Of a stretch of DNA of 64,000 nt, positions 11,056-22,772 are shown piece by piece (the first letter of the stretch is position 1; each line of letters starts with the position of its first letter). The translations under genes and the position numbers were made by a program. The notes beneath the pieces are model-generated. The model searched no databases and had not been told where the DNA came from. It saw only the letters and a list, made by a program, of their open reading frames with translations. The stretch spans positions 960,001 to 1,024,000 of the forward strand of contig CAVPZX010000002.1 of assembly GCA_963710375.1 (NCBI GenBank), given 5' to 3'. The DNA is from Nitrospirota bacterium. GTDB taxonomy: Bacteria > Nitrospirota > Thermodesulfovibrionia > Thermodesulfovibrionales > Dissulfurispiraceae.

Positions 11056-11595
11056 ATGAGACTGTCTCGCTGTCCAGCTATCAAACAGATATGTATTGTA
11101 TTTTTTGTCATACTTTTTTTTGTGTTAGTCATCAATCTTATTGCCGGTTCCATATTTGCCGCGGTATCAGATCCAGCTGCTCCTGATTTCACGCTTCCTG
11201 ATGTCCACGGTAAAAAAGTGTCGCTTTCCGAATTCAAAGGGAATGTAGTTATACTGAATTTCTGGGCAACATGGTGCGGGCCCTGCAAGGCAGAGATGCC
11301 CTCGCTTAATAATCTCTATCTGGAATTTAAGAACAAAAGGCTTGTGGTACTGGCGATTTCAGTTGACCCAACTGAAAGACCCGTGCTCTCATTCATAGCA
11401 GACAAGAAACTGGCACTTCCTGTATTAATGGATAAGACCAAGGAGGTCTACTTCGACAGTTATGCTGTAATGGGTCTGCCGACAACATTCATCATAGACA
11501 AAAACGGCGTACTCATACAAAAGATTTTGGGCGAGCAAGATTGGGACTCTCCCCAAATGAAAGAAAAAATTCTTAACCTTTTGACAGGGAGGTAA
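11056..11595 (+). CDS. TlpA/ResA-family thiol-disulfide oxidoreductase
   Basis: APDFTL, LNFWATWCGPC, GLPTTFIID. Confidence 0.92.
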   Translation: MRLSRCPAIKQICIVFFVILFFVLVINLIAGSIFAAVSDPAAPDFTLPDVHGKKVSLSEFKGNVVILNFWATWCGPCKAEMPSLNNLYLEFKNKRLVVLAISVDPTERPVLSFIADKKLALPVLMDKTKEVYFDSYAVMGLPTTFIIDKNGVLIQKILGEQDWDSPQMKEKILNLLTGR

Positions 11596-11598
11596 GGA

Positions 11599-11961
11599 GT
11601 GAAAAAAAGCATGGAAACAGGAGTTTTTCTCCTTATGTGCATCATGCTCGCAGCACTGTTTACATCGGGGTGCACTGATACGTTTGTCGTTACCAAAGAC
11701 GGCCAGAGTTATTTTTTCGGGAGCAACAGAGAGGGCTTTCAAAAAATGCTTTGCGATTCCGGCGATCTGAAAACCATCCTTGCAGATACACAATTGCCTT
11801 CAAATTTAAAAGAGAATCTCTACAAATTTAATTGCTCAGCTTCCGACCATTCACAAGAAAAGGTCAAAGAAATATATACATCGATGACGCCTGAACAAAG
11901 GCGGGACCTGCGCCTCACTTTTCAGAAGCACGGCTATGATATCAACTACATGGTGTGTTGA
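11599..11961 (+). CDS. Putative lipoprotein, hypothetical
   Basis: Hydrophobic leader ending FTSG-C (lipobox-like); ggag RBS. Confidence 0.65.
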   Translation: MKKSMETGVFLLMCIMLAALFTSGCTDTFVVTKDGQSYFFGSNREGFQKMLCDSGDLKTILADTQLPSNLKENLYKFNCSASDHSQEKVKEIYTSMTPEQRRDLRLTFQKHGYDINYMVC

Positions 11962-12078
11962 GGCGATAAAATGCCTGTATCCGGTCGGATACAATAATTA
12001 ATGCTTCAGCCTCACATTACTTTTTTTCCTGCACTTGTTTTATAATAATCGAGTTTATACCGGCAAAGGAAACAACAT

Positions 12079-12921
12079 ATGAAAACACTAATGCAATCCC
12101 AAAATGTCCGGGCGCTGACAGATCAGGCGCGAATTGTCAGAATTGAAATCCTAAAGATGCTCACTGCTTCAGGGTCCGGTCATACAGGCGGTTCTCTCTC
12201 CGCAGCTGATATCGTGACAGCGCTCTACTTTTACAAAATGAAGCACCGACCAAAAGATCCCTCATGGCAGGGAAGGGACCGCTTCATTCTCTCAAAAGGC
12301 CATGCCGCCCCTCTTCTTTATGCCGTTTTAGCTTTGTCAGGTTATTTTGATAAATCAATCCTTGGCAATCTCAGGCAAATCGGCTGTCCGCTGCAGGGGC
12401 ACCCCTCGTCTAAACTTATTGAAGGAGTAGAGGTCTCTACAGGCTCTCTTGGACAAGGTCTCTCTATTGCAAACGGAATTGCTTTAGGGCTGCAGCTTGA
12501 TAAGAGTTCTTCCAGGGTTTATTGCCTTTTGGGCGACGGTGAGACCCAGGAAGGGCAGGTATGGGAGGCTGCCATGTCGGCAGGCCATTATATGCTCGAT
12601 AACCTTTGCGCCATAGTCGATGTCAACGGGCTTCAAATAGACGGCAAATGCGCAGATGTTATGAAGGTAGAGCCTATTGCAAAAAAATGGGAGTCCTTCA
12701 ACTGGCACGTGTTCGAAATAAACGGGCACGATATGGAAGAGATAGTAAAGGCGCTTAATGAGGCAGAAAAGATCAAGGGCAAGCCTTCGGTGATACTTGC
12801 CAGGACGGTTAAAAGCAAAGGCGTATCATTCTTCGAGGGCAAAGCAGAATACCACGGCGTAACACCGACGAAAGAGGAGCTTGAAAAGGCCCTCCTGGAG
12901 CTTGGTGAATATGGGAAGTAA
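12079..12921 (+). CDS. Transketolase N-terminal subunit
   Basis: GHTGGSLS, DRFILSKGH, STGSLGQG, GDGETQEGQVWEA. Confidence 0.95.
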   Translation: MKTLMQSQNVRALTDQARIVRIEILKMLTASGSGHTGGSLSAADIVTALYFYKMKHRPKDPSWQGRDRFILSKGHAAPLLYAVLALSGYFDKSILGNLRQIGCPLQGHPSSKLIEGVEVSTGSLGQGLSIANGIALGLQLDKSSSRVYCLLGDGETQEGQVWEAAMSAGHYMLDNLCAIVDVNGLQIDGKCADVMKVEPIAKKWESFNWHVFEINGHDMEEIVKALNEAEKIKGKPSVILARTVKSKGVSFFEGKAEYHGVTPTKEELEKALLELGEYGK

Positions 12922-13907
12922 AGACAAAGTAACAGAAAACAAAGCACAGGGCAGCGACTTTTGCGGCCAATCGGTTGCCACCCGCGATGCGTATGGGTCA
13001 GCGCTGCTTGAATTGGGACGGCGCAATGAAAAGGTTGTCGTGCTTGACGCTGACCTGTCCGGTTCTACAAAAACAGCTAAATTTGCAAAGGCCTTTCCCA
13101 ACAGATTTTTTAATATGGGCATTGCGGAACAAGACATGATCGGTACAGCAGGCGGATTGTCGCTGACAGGTAAAATCCCTTTCGCCTCTACCTTTGCCGT
13201 GTTCGAAACAGGCCGCGCATGGGAGCAAATACGGCAGACCCTCTGCTATTCCGGGCTCAACGTAAAATTGGTTGCTACGCATGCCGGGATCACGGTCGGC
13301 GAGGATGGCGCATCACACCAGGCGCTTGAGGACATTGCCCTGATGAGGGTCATTCCCAATATGACTGTTATAGTGCCTTCCGACGGCTTCGAAACGACAC
13401 AAGTCATTGATGCGATTGCCGATTATAAACATCCCGTTTATGTTCGCCTTGGGAGGTCCAAGGTCCCGCCGGTCATGCCTGCAGATTACCGATTCGCTAT
13501 CGGCAAGGCGTTTACATTCAATATCGGCAGGGACGTCACGATCATTTCAACAGGCATAATGGTGTCAAAAGCACTCCAGGCCAAAGAACTCCTCCAAAAA
13601 AAGGGGCTGGATGCCGGTGTTATCAATATGTTCGACCATAAAGCCGCTCGATACGGATGCCGTATTGGAAGCTGCGAAATTCTCTAAATTGATCGTTACA
13701 GCCGAAGAGCATTCTGTTATAGGAGGCTTGGGCGGCGCGGTCTCCGAGTTCCTGTCAGAACACTACCCGACCCATGTGCTGAGAATAGGCACGCGTGATA
13801 CATTCGGATGCTCCGGCCCACCTGATGAACTGATAAAACTTTTCGGGCTGACCCCGGAGGATATTGTTAATGCTATAGATGGCTTTTTCCGGAAAGTACC
13901 GAGTTGA
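12911..13907 (+). CDS. Transketolase C-terminal subunit, frameshift near 13630
   Basis: DADLSGSTKT, GIAEQDM, GEDGASHQ; continues in ORF 13611-13907 with TIKPLD, EEHSVIGGLG. Confidence 0.92.
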
Positions 13908-14569
13908 TGATCGCTTTTGAAAATGTTTCAAAATTCTACGAGCACAACCCCGTCTTAAAAAACATCTCGTTCTATATCGAAAAAGGTGAAATGGCGTTTA
14001 TCACCGGCCCCAGCGGCGCCGGGAAATCGACGCTCCTTAAGCTAATGTATATGGAGGAGCTGCCTGACGAGGGTGAGATTACAATAGACGACGTCCGTCT
14101 CTCCTCTTTAAACATGCAGCAAATCCCTTTGTTGAGACGCAATATCGGCGTAATATTTCAGGATTTTAAACTCATCAATAATCTGACGGTTTTCGATAAC
14201 GTGGCTCTCGCTTTACATATAAGGGAGATTTCTGAAAGAGAGGTCCGCTCGCTTACTTCCGACGCTCTCAAAAAGGTCAGCCTTCGCCATGTGGCCGGCA
14301 GTTATCCCAAAAGTCTTTCGGGCGGGGAGCAGCAGAGAGTTGCCATAGCGCGGGCTATAGTGGGAGGACCCGAAGTCCTTCTGGCAGACGAGCCCACAGG
14401 CAATCTCGACCCCAACACATCGCTCGATATTATTATGATATTCCGCGAACTGAATGACCAGGGGACAACAATTCTTATCGCGACACACAACAGGGAATTG
14501 CTCAGGAATACCGGCAAAAGGATATTAAAACTCGACGGCGGGTCGTTTGCCAGGGAGGAAATCGGGTAA
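13904..14569 (+). CDS. ftsE: Cell division ATP-binding protein FtsE
   Basis: [33 protein letters not shown]; precedes ftsX. Confidence 0.92.
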   Translation: MMIAFENVSKFYEHNPVLKNISFYIEKGEMAFITGPSGAGKSTLLKLMYMEELPDEGEITIDDVRLSSLNMQQIPLLRRNIGVIFQDFKLINNLTVFDNVALALHIREISEREVRSLTSDALKKVSLRHVAGSYPKSLSGGEQQRVAIARAIVGGPEVLLADEPTGNLDPNTSLDIIMIFRELNDQGTTILIATHNRELLRNTGKRILKLDGGSFAREEIG

Positions 14570-15444
14570 TGGTGTCATCATACTCATTTAAATCTGCATT
14601 GAAGAGCCTCGCAAAAGAAAAATGGATTAATATCCTTTCAATCCTCACAGTAGGTTCCAGTTTACTGATCATAACACTCGCGGTTTTTTTCCTTTACAAC
14701 CTCGGGCTTATCGCAAACCACCTTCCCGAACGGTTTTCGATGATGGCCTATCTTAAAGACTCGCTTTCGCAGAAAGAGACCCAGGCAATAATGGATTCGC
14801 TCAAAAAAAGACCTGAAGTCGCTAAAGTCACTTATATATCAAAGGAAAATGCCCTGCTTGAACTAAAACAGACATTAAGGGATTCCTCACATCTCCTCGA
14901 AGGACTTGATGAAAATCCCCTTACTCCTTCAATAGAACTAAAATTGAGAAAAGAATTTGTCACACCGTCAACAACCTCCAGAATCTCGGAGGAGCTTGTG
15001 AAAATACCCGGCATCGATACAATTTATTACGGAGAGAGAATAGCTGAAGCCATACACCTCTTGAAGCAGTCGGTCCAGAATATCAGCATTATTATTTTTT
15101 TAACTATTTCTCTCGGCGTTGTTTTTGTCACTTACAGCACAGTAAAAATCCTTTTCTACAGAAAGAAGGAAGAAATAGAGATATTAAAACTCCTGGGTGC
15201 GACCAGCGGCTTCATCAGGACGCCCTTTCTTATTGAAGGAGGCATAATAGGACTGCTCGGCGGAATTCTCGGCATAATCGGGGCCTCTGTCTTTTATTTT
15301 GCCGTAACCTACCGTTTGAGCATGGTCATCCCCATGTTAAAAACCCTGCTTTTCCCTGTCGGCATACTGATTGCCCTTCCCTTCATCGGTATTATACTGG
15401 GGGTAATCGGTTCAGCCATTGCCATTGGGCGAATAAGGCTCTAA
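14569..15444 (+). CDS. ftsX: Cell division permease FtsX
   Basis: Four TM segments, [21 protein letters not shown]. Confidence 0.92.
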   Translation: MVSSYSFKSALKSLAKEKWINILSILTVGSSLLIITLAVFFLYNLGLIANHLPERFSMMAYLKDSLSQKETQAIMDSLKKRPEVAKVTYISKENALLELKQTLRDSSHLLEGLDENPLTPSIELKLRKEFVTPSTTSRISEELVKIPGIDTIYYGERIAEAIHLLKQSVQNISIIIFLTISLGVVFVTYSTVKILFYRKKEEIEILKLLGATSGFIRTPFLIEGGIIGLLGGILGIIGASVFYFAVTYRLSMVIPMLKTLLFPVGILIALPFIGIILGVIGSAIAIGRIRL

Positions 15445-15447
15445 TTA

Positions 15448-16710
15448 ATGCACAGTACGCGTCGTAAAATGCACCATGCACTTTCGCGCGGCTTAAGAGT
15501 TTTTATGCAGCTCACTCTCTTTCTTTTGGTGTTTACCGTGCAACTTCCCTGCAACCGGTCATTTCTTGATGCCACTGTTGCCCGCGCAGAACGCCCTCAG
15601 GAAGAATACCGGCGAATTCAAAAAGATATCAAGACACACAAGCGACGGCTTGAGTCAGTTAAAAAAAAGGAGCAGTCAGTCCTTGAAGAACTGCGGAAAA
15701 CGACTTCCGAGCTGAATGAGATTGAATTACAACTGACAGCACAACGGAACAAGATAAAACGGCTGAACAGCAATATACTGACGCTTCAGGAAGAGATTAA
15801 AAGCAACAGCTCGGTTATGCAGCAGCACAAAGCCCACCTGAAAAAGAGACTTAGAACTCTATTTATGTTCACGGTAAACAATGACGCCCTTCTGGCCTTG
15901 CTAAGCGGAGAAGATATCGCGCAAACATTGAGGATCGAGAAAGATCTTAAGGATATTTCTGACTATGATTATGGGCTCATAAAACAATACAAGACAGAGC
16001 TCAAGTCCATGTCTGAAAAGGAGGCCGGGTTAAAAAAACTTTTCGTTGACCTAAAAATAGAGGAAAACAAACTTTCAAGGCTGGAGGCTGATTTAAAAGA
16101 TAAAAAAAAGGAGCGGGAAGCGCTTCTCGTTAATGTCAGAAAAGAGAAGGGCATCTTCGAAAATATGATAAGTGATCTGAAAGAGACCTCAAGAAGATTG
16201 CTTACTATTATCCGGGAGACTGAAAGACAGGAGCGCGAGGCAAAAAAGAGGCGAAGCTATAAAACAGGGCCCGGGACAAGAGAGGAAGAGATCCAGGAGG
16301 AGAGCGGATTCAGCAATCTGAAAGGAAAGCTCCCCTGGCCTGTGGTCGGCAGGGTCGCAATACAGTACGGGACACAGGTAGACCCCATATTTAACCTTCC
16401 GGTTTTCAGGAGCGGCATCCATATTAAAACAGAAAACGGTGCTCCGGTAAAAGCGGTATATGGAGGCAAAGTCGTTTTTGCCGACAATTTCAAGGGTTAC
16501 GGAGACCTTGTTATAATAAGCCACGGCAGCGGATATCATTCGCTTTACGGCAATCTGGAAAAGATTTTTTCAAAGAATGGCGCTATAATAAGGGAACAGC
16601 AGACAATAGGAGAGGTCGGGGAATCGAGCACGCTCGGAACGAGCGGGTTGTATTTTGAATTACGTTATAAGGGTAAGCCCCTTGACCCTCAGCAATGGTT
16701 GCGGAGATAG
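15448..16710 (+). CDS. envC: EnvC-like murein hydrolase activator (coiled coil + degenerate M23 domain)
   Basis: Long coiled coil, KGKLPWPV, LYFELRYKGKPLDP; follows ftsEX; true start uncertain. Confidence 0.85.
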   Translation: MHSTRRKMHHALSRGLRVFMQLTLFLLVFTVQLPCNRSFLDATVARAERPQEEYRRIQKDIKTHKRRLESVKKKEQSVLEELRKTTSELNEIELQLTAQRNKIKRLNSNILTLQEEIKSNSSVMQQHKAHLKKRLRTLFMFTVNNDALLALLSGEDIAQTLRIEKDLKDISDYDYGLIKQYKTELKSMSEKEAGLKKLFVDLKIEENKLSRLEADLKDKKKEREALLVNVRKEKGIFENMISDLKETSRRLLTIIRETERQEREAKKRRSYKTGPGTREEEIQEESGFSNLKGKLPWPVVGRVAIQYGTQVDPIFNLPVFRSGIHIKTENGAPVKAVYGGKVVFADNFKGYGDLVIISHGSGYHSLYGNLEKIFSKNGAIIREQQTIGEVGESSTLGTSGLYFELRYKGKPLDPQQWLRR

Positions 16711-16743
16711 ATCATAGCTGTCATATATATAAATGATGGAGGA

Positions 16744-18054
16744 TTGAAAATGGGCTCAAAAAGAAAATGGCTTGTCGTTACTACCATCCTATGCTTTGCA
16801 TTTGCTGCTGCGCTCATAGGTAAGTGGACCATCGGAACTGTAAATGCCGAGAGCGGCTATGAAGACTTAAAGACTTTTACTGAAGTTCTGACTTTGATAA
16901 AGAAAGATTATGTCGATGAGGTCAAGACAAAGGAGCTGATTACCTCGGCAATCAAGGGCATGGTCTCCTCACTTGATCCGCACTCAGGCTATATGACGCA
17001 AGACGCATTCAAAGAGCTGCAGGTAGAAACCAAAGGAGAGTTCGGCGGTCTTGGCATACAGATAGGGATCAAAGACGCTGTTCTTACCGTCATTGCACCT
17101 ATTGATGATACCCCTGCCTACAAGGCGGGAATTAAGGCAGGTGACAAGATAGTAAAGATAGCCGGAGAATCTACAAAGAATATGGACATAGAAAAAGCTG
17201 TTACAAAGATGCGGGGGCCTAAAGGCACTCCTATTGTATTGACCATCTTTAGAGAGGGCTGGAAGGAGACTAAGGATTTCACCATTGTCAGAGATATAAT
17301 AAAAATTAAAAGCGTCAAGTCCAAAATGCTGGATTCCTCTATCGGATACATTAAGCTGACCCAGTTCCAGGAATCCACTGCCGCCGATCTTGCTTCAGCG
17401 CTTACAGGCCTGAAGAAGGATGGCATGACTTCCATTATCCTTGACCTGAGAAATGATCCCGGCGGCCTGCTCAACAGTGCAGTGGATGTGGCTGAACAGT
17501 TCCTGCCTCCTAAGCAGCTCGTGGTATATATAAAAGGCCGGACCGGAGATAAAATAGAATACTTTACTGAAGGAGATAAACCCTCCTACACTGGAATCCC
17601 CATGGTAGTACTTGTCAACCAGGGCAGCGCGAGCGCTTCCGAGATCGTTGCAGGTGCGCTGAAAGACTGGAAGCGGGCAATCATAATAGGCATGCAGACT
17701 TTTGGCAAAGGCTCGGTCCAAAGCCTCATACCGCTTAGCGACGGCTCGGGACTACGGCTTACTACCGCAAAATACTATACCCCCAGCGGAACAAGCATAC
17801 AGAACGTCGGCATTACTCCGGATATCGTTGTCAAGCTCGCTGCCGCAGAAGGGCAGGCGAATCATACCATTATCAGGGAGAGAGATCTCCAGGGGCATCT
17901 TAAGAACGAAACTGTAAAAGAGGAACCCGAGGAGAAAGAAACAGCAACTCCTTTTGAGGTCGAAGAGAAAGATGATGCGCAGCTCCAGCGGGCAATAGAT
18001 ACGCTCAAGGCCTGGAAGGTGTTCGAAAATATACTGCTAAAAAAAGCAGCTTAA
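16744..18054 (+). CDS. ctpA: C-terminal processing protease S41 with PDZ domain
   Basis: LDPHS, GEFGGLGI, DLRNDPGGLL, SASASEIVAGAL, TFGKGSVQ. Confidence 0.93.
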   Translation: MKMGSKRKWLVVTTILCFAFAAALIGKWTIGTVNAESGYEDLKTFTEVLTLIKKDYVDEVKTKELITSAIKGMVSSLDPHSGYMTQDAFKELQVETKGEFGGLGIQIGIKDAVLTVIAPIDDTPAYKAGIKAGDKIVKIAGESTKNMDIEKAVTKMRGPKGTPIVLTIFREGWKETKDFTIVRDIIKIKSVKSKMLDSSIGYIKLTQFQESTAADLASALTGLKKDGMTSIILDLRNDPGGLLNSAVDVAEQFLPPKQLVVYIKGRTGDKIEYFTEGDKPSYTGIPMVVLVNQGSASASEIVAGALKDWKRAIIIGMQTFGKGSVQSLIPLSDGSGLRLTTAKYYTPSGTSIQNVGITPDIVVKLAAAEGQANHTIIRERDLQGHLKNETVKEEPEEKETATPFEVEEKDDAQLQRAIDTLKAWKVFENILLKKAA

Positions 18055-18059
18055 ATATA

Positions 18060-18167
18060 AGGCAAAAGGCTAAGGGCTAAAGGCGAAAGGTTTAATAAAA
18101 ACAATAAAAATAGTCAGTCTGTGTTTTGGTTTTTAACCTTTAGCCATTTGCCCTTAGCCTTTTGCCT
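18060..18167. repeat. Heptamer-built long inverted repeat (33-bp arms, 3 mismatches)
   Basis: aggcaaaaggctaagggctaaaggcgaaaggtt ... aacctttagccatttgcccttagccttttgcct. Confidence 0.85.
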
Positions 18168-18176
18168 ATTTTTTTT

Positions 18177-18870
18177 ATGAGTCGCATCATATTTGACATA
18201 GAGACAGTTGGGATGGATTTTGAATCCCTTGATCCCGTCACTCAGGAATACTTTCTTAAATGGGCCGAATCTGAAGAAGAGGCCAAGAGGATAAGGGAGA
18301 GCCTCTCCTTCTATCCGCTCACCGCTGAGATTATTACCATTGGGATGCTCAATCCGGATACCGGCAAAGGCGCTATTTATTTCCAGACGCCCGGCGATAT
18401 GCTGCTGCCTTTTGACGAAGGAGGGATCCGGTTCGAGAGCGGTACGGAAAAGGAACTGCTCGAAAAGTTCTGGAGCACCGTCAAAATGTATGACCAGTTC
18501 ATCACCTTTAACGGCAGGGTGTTTGATTGCCCGTTCATTCTCATCCGCTCTGCACTGCATAAAATAAGGCCATCGAGAGATTTGATGCCCAACCGTTATA
18601 GTGGACCCCATATCGATCTTCTCGATCAATTGTCCTTTTACGGGACCACGAAAAAACGTTTCAGTCTTGATATGTGGTGCCGGACATTCAATATTAAGAG
18701 CCCCAAGGCCGATGGCATTACCGGATATGATGTGAAAGATCTCTTCAGGTCAAAACGCTACGTTGATATTGCACGCTACTGCGCCGGAGACATTAGAGCA
18801 ACGAAAGAAGCTCTTCCTCATATGGGAAAACTATATTAAATTTTCTCCAGGCGAAAAAAACCGGCAATAA
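18177..18870 (+). CDS. PolB-like/DEDD 3'-5' exonuclease, probable frameshift near the C-terminus
   Basis: FDIET, TFNGRVFDCPF, HIDL, YCAGD; the alternative frame ends KELFLIWENYIKF...* at 18870. Confidence 0.82.
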
Positions 18871-18886
18871 TTTTTTATTGCCGTCC

Positions 18887-19981
18887 CTACCGCGTATACT
18901 CGTTGACCTTTGCGACTTCGAACCTGTCCGTCAGCAGGACATTCCGGACAAAAGCGAATATTTTCTTTCGCACTTCTGACGTAATATCAGGGTAAAAAAC
19001 AGGGTTTGCAACGACTACGCCCCTGAAAGCATAAAAAGGCGCGAGCACCTCATACAATTCTCTATCACCTGACAATGCCACATATTCATTAAAAAACAGC
19101 TTCAGGGCCTCCAGATAGGGGCCTGTGACTGTACTGTGAGCGCGCAGAGAAGAAAACACGTAATTTGTCGTCAGCGCGGTAACATCATCGGCAGCTTCTC
19201 CCCAGGGGCCGCGGCTTCTGTCCAATAGTACAAAGTCGACCTCTTTGCTCTCCACGTCCCGGCGCCCCCGTGTCTCTGTTTTGTATTCTTTAAACCATAT
19301 ATTGCCGGGATGAAAATCGCCATGGATCTGGCAGAGACGTTCAGCTTTGGGCTTCAGCCGTGCCCTCCAGTCTATGCACAATTTTTCTATTTCGGACATT
19401 TCTTCATACGATATCACTCCATCGGGATATGTATCGAATACGCCCATCAGGCATTCTCCATGTCCTATGGTGTCCCTTATCTTTCTCCAGTAAAGATGCC
19501 TCGAATCCTTTTTAACCGCATGGATAGATGAAAGATAGGCAGCCATAGACCGAACCTTTCCGATGTCCATCGCATTCAGACGGTCTTTATGTGCAAATTC
19601 GGCCAGATCGATAAAATAATCTTTCCCTTCAGCACGCTCCATAAGCAGGTAATATTCTTTACCGCCGCCTATTGTACGAATGGAACCGTCCTCATGTTCA
19701 GCCAGCACGTCGATTGCCGCAACATGCTTTGGAAGGTTTGCATATTCATCGAGGTCTAAGAGAAATACTGCGGCCCTGTCAGAGGGGTAATCGTGTCCGA
19801 GTCCTGTGGATAAGAGTTTCTTTATCACATATGATTTGACCTCAGTAGATGTCTTAACCTCAATGAGAAAACCGGAACCCTGGACCCCTGAGCCGAGTTT
19901 TCTGATGTCCACTCTAACAGCTTCGGGGAATTCTTTAAAAAGATATGTCCTTAAAGCATCTTCGTTGATCATTGCGGCCAT
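18887..19981 (-). CDS. Aminoglycoside phosphotransferase/kinase-like protein
   Basis: LGSGVQGSG loop, HGDFHPGNI, LLDRS. Confidence 0.82.
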   Translation of the reverse strand: MAAMINEDALRTYLFKEFPEAVRVDIRKLGSGVQGSGFLIEVKTSTEVKSYVIKKLLSTGLGHDYPSDRAAVFLLDLDEYANLPKHVAAIDVLAEHEDGSIRTIGGGKEYYLLMERAEGKDYFIDLAEFAHKDRLNAMDIGKVRSMAAYLSSIHAVKKDSRHLYWRKIRDTIGHGECLMGVFDTYPDGVISYEEMSEIEKLCIDWRARLKPKAERLCQIHGDFHPGNIWFKEYKTETRGRRDVESKEVDFVLLDRSRGPWGEAADDVTALTTNYVFSSLRAHSTVTGPYLEALKLFFNEYVALSGDRELYEVLAPFYAFRGVVVANPVFYPDITSEVRKKIFAFVRNVLLTDRFEVAKVNEYTR

Positions 19982-20907
19982 GGTCCGAAATTGTCGGCAT
20001 AGCGCTTAATGAACTCATTGTACGTGTAACTATGCTCTTGTGTCCCATACTTTTCCAGGGCATATGCTGCAGCCACTGTGCCTATTTTTGCCGCAGTCTC
20101 TAGATCCTTGCCCATAGCAAAGCCCTTAATCAGCCCAGCCCTGTATGCGTCCCCGGCTCCGGTCGGATCGACAACAGTGTCAACCTTGGCAGAAGGCACT
20201 CTGATATCGCCTTCAGGCGTACTGATGAGAGATCCCTTTTCTCCCAGCGTGCTGATAATAACGCCCGCCAATTTCAGCAGTCCTTTTTTGTCCATATTTG
20301 TTATTTTCATAATCATTTCGAGTTCATAGTCGTTGGATATCAGCAGCATCGAGCCGGTGATCCACTCGATAAGCGCATGTTTGTCCCATGCCGTAAGCGA
20401 CTGACCAGGGTCACAAATATACCGGATCTTTTTGAGTCTGCATGCTCTGGCATACTCCATCATGTCAGTGAGATTTCCCGGCCCTATCAGGCTTATGGCA
20501 TTGTCAGGGTTCGCATTGCTAAAATCATATCCTGAAGGATACTTCATTGCGCCCGGGTTAAATCCCGTAATCTGGTTATCTGACTTGTCAGTCGTTATAT
20601 ACGCCCCGGCAGTAAACTCTTCATTGATTACTTTTATTCCCTCTGAGGAGATATGATTTTTTTCGAGCCAGTCAAAGTAACTCCGGTAATCCTTGCCGAT
20701 AGTTGCGAGAATTATAGGCTTTTCATTGAGCAAGCCCAACGAATAGGCTATATTCCCGGCAGTCCCCCCGAACTTCTCTATCATACCGTTAACGGTAAAA
20801 CAGACGTTCAGGATATGAATCTTATCAGGCAGAATATGGTCGGAAAATTTTCCGGGAAAATCCATGATCCGGTCATAAGCCAGTGACCCTGAAATATAAA
20901 TCTGCAT
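19969..20907 (-). CDS. PfkB-family carbohydrate/nucleoside kinase (adenosine kinase-like)
   Basis: GSLAYD, FGGTAGNIAY, DPTGAGDAYRAG. Confidence 0.9.
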   Translation of the reverse strand: MQIYISGSLAYDRIMDFPGKFSDHILPDKIHILNVCFTVNGMIEKFGGTAGNIAYSLGLLNEKPIILATIGKDYRSYFDWLEKNHISSEGIKVINEEFTAGAYITTDKSDNQITGFNPGAMKYPSGYDFSNANPDNAISLIGPGNLTDMMEYARACRLKKIRYICDPGQSLTAWDKHALIEWITGSMLLISNDYELEMIMKITNMDKKGLLKLAGVIISTLGEKGSLISTPEGDIRVPSAKVDTVVDPTGAGDAYRAGLIKGFAMGKDLETAAKIGTVAAAYALEKYGTQEHSYTYNEFIKRYADNFGPWPQ

Positions 20908-20918
20908 AATGCTCTCCT

Positions 20919-22687
20919 TCATCCCCTCAGTTCTTCTTTGAGCCGTTCAGCAATTTTCCTGTTGAAACCTTTGATGTTCACGATGTCGTCCGTCGTTGCA
21001 TGTCTGATCCCATCGAGACTGCCGAAATGCCTCAAGGCTCGATCCGCCGCTTTCGGCCTATGCCCGGAATCCTGGTAAGCGGAGAGTCCATGAGTTTTTT
21101 GTCTCTTAATTTCCTGTGGAAGCTGATCGCAAACCGATGGACTTCATCCCTTATTTTTTTGAGCAGTAATGATGACCTGTCTTTATCTTCAAGGTCAACG
21201 ATCCCGCCGTTCAGGAGGAAGGCCCTGTCGGGTTTTTTTGCGATACCGACGATATCTTTCACTATGCCGAGTTCTTCCATGGCCTTGAGTGCAACATCGA
21301 GCTGGGCTTTTCCGCCATCGACAGCGATAAGGTCCGGCACCTTGTCTCCCAGGTTTTTCAGCGTCCGGAAGACAATCTCTTTCATCATAGCATAGTCATC
21401 GACACCCTGCGTTTCTCTTATCCTGAGATGTCTGAAAAGCCCTTTTTTGAATGACCCGTGCTCCCAGAAGACAAATGCGCCGACCGATTCGCTGCCCTGG
21501 ATGGTAGAGACGTCAAAGGCCCCGATTGACACCGGCGTCTGCGCGAGCTGTAATTTTTCCCTCAGTTTTTGCATGCTTACATCACGCGGAGTTCTTATCC
21601 TGGAGGCAAGGTGGAGACGCGCGTTTTCATCCGCCATTTTCAGCAGGTCGCGCTTTTTGCCTCGCCGCGGTATATCTATATCAACACTGCCTCCCCGTTT
21701 GTCTCTTAGCCAGCTCTTCAACGCCTCCCTGTCTGCAGGCTGAACACCGGCCAAGATGACCGGAGCCGGAATTATGTCCTTAGCATAGAAGAATTCTATT
21801 ACACTTCTCATTATCTCCTGCTCATTGGACTCCGGCACTTTTTCGAGAAAAAAGTCTTTGGCGCCGATTAAAATGCCCTTTCTCAGAAAAAGAATATTTA
21901 TCACCGCCATATCACCTTCGCGGAAGAAACCTATAACATCGATATCTCCGAGTTCCGGAGCTATAACCTTCTGCGATTCAAACGCCCGCTGGAGCTTGCC
22001 GATGCTGTCCCTTACCCGCGCGGCCTCCTCATAGCGCATCTGTTCGGAATAAGCCTGCATTTTGTGCTCCAGGTTTTTCAGCAATTCCATCTTCTCGCCT
22101 GAAAGGAAGAGTCTCACATCTTCCACAATATCCATGTATTCCTCTTTAGTTATTTTTTCTGCACATGGCGCCGGACATTTTTTCATATCGTGTTGTATAC
22201 AGGGCCGCATCGCCTTATCAAGCGCATAGTTGCATGGCCTGATAGGAAAATTCCTTCTGATAAAGGCCAATGCCTCCCACATGGCCTGAGCGGGTATGTA
22301 AGGGCCAAAATAAAGGTTCCCGTCACGTTTAATTCCCCGTACCACCTCTATTCTCGGCCACGCTTCGGTTAGCGTCAGTTTGAGATACGGATAGTTTTTG
22401 TCATCTCTGAGGATAATATTGAAATTGGGCTTGTGTCGTTTGATCAGGCTTGCCTCAAGAATAAGCGCCTCAAGTTCGTTGTCTGTAACAATATAGGAAA
22501 AATCTTTAATAAGCCTCACCATTGCCGCTTTGCGAGGTTCGAGGTTGGCTGATTCCCGGAAATAGCTTCTCAAGCGGGTCCTCAGGTTCTTCGCCTTGCC
22601 CACATAAAGTACATTACCCTTTTGTCCTTTGAAAATATATACGCCCGGCCTGCGGGGGGTTTTTGACAGTTCTGGAACCATACGCAT
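20919..22687 (-). CDS. uvrC: Excinuclease ABC subunit C, frameshift near 21035 before the last HhH
   Basis: GIY-YIG PGVY...YVGKAKNLR, VDGGKAQ, RDEVHRFA; other frame continues LRHFGSLDGI...* at 20919. Confidence 0.95.
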
Positions 22688-22772
22688 ACTATATCATATC
22701 GGGACGGAGCGGGCAGTTTGGGTCGAGCCAAATCGATGTTTTTTTCGGCTTACTGTTATAATACCTCAAGGT

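Noticed and set aside
6984..11961. Selenocysteine readthrough at TGA stops in the cytochrome cluster
   Set aside because: No convincing SECIS-like hairpin or conserved downstream frame was seen; the cytochrome break is an indel, not a TGA.
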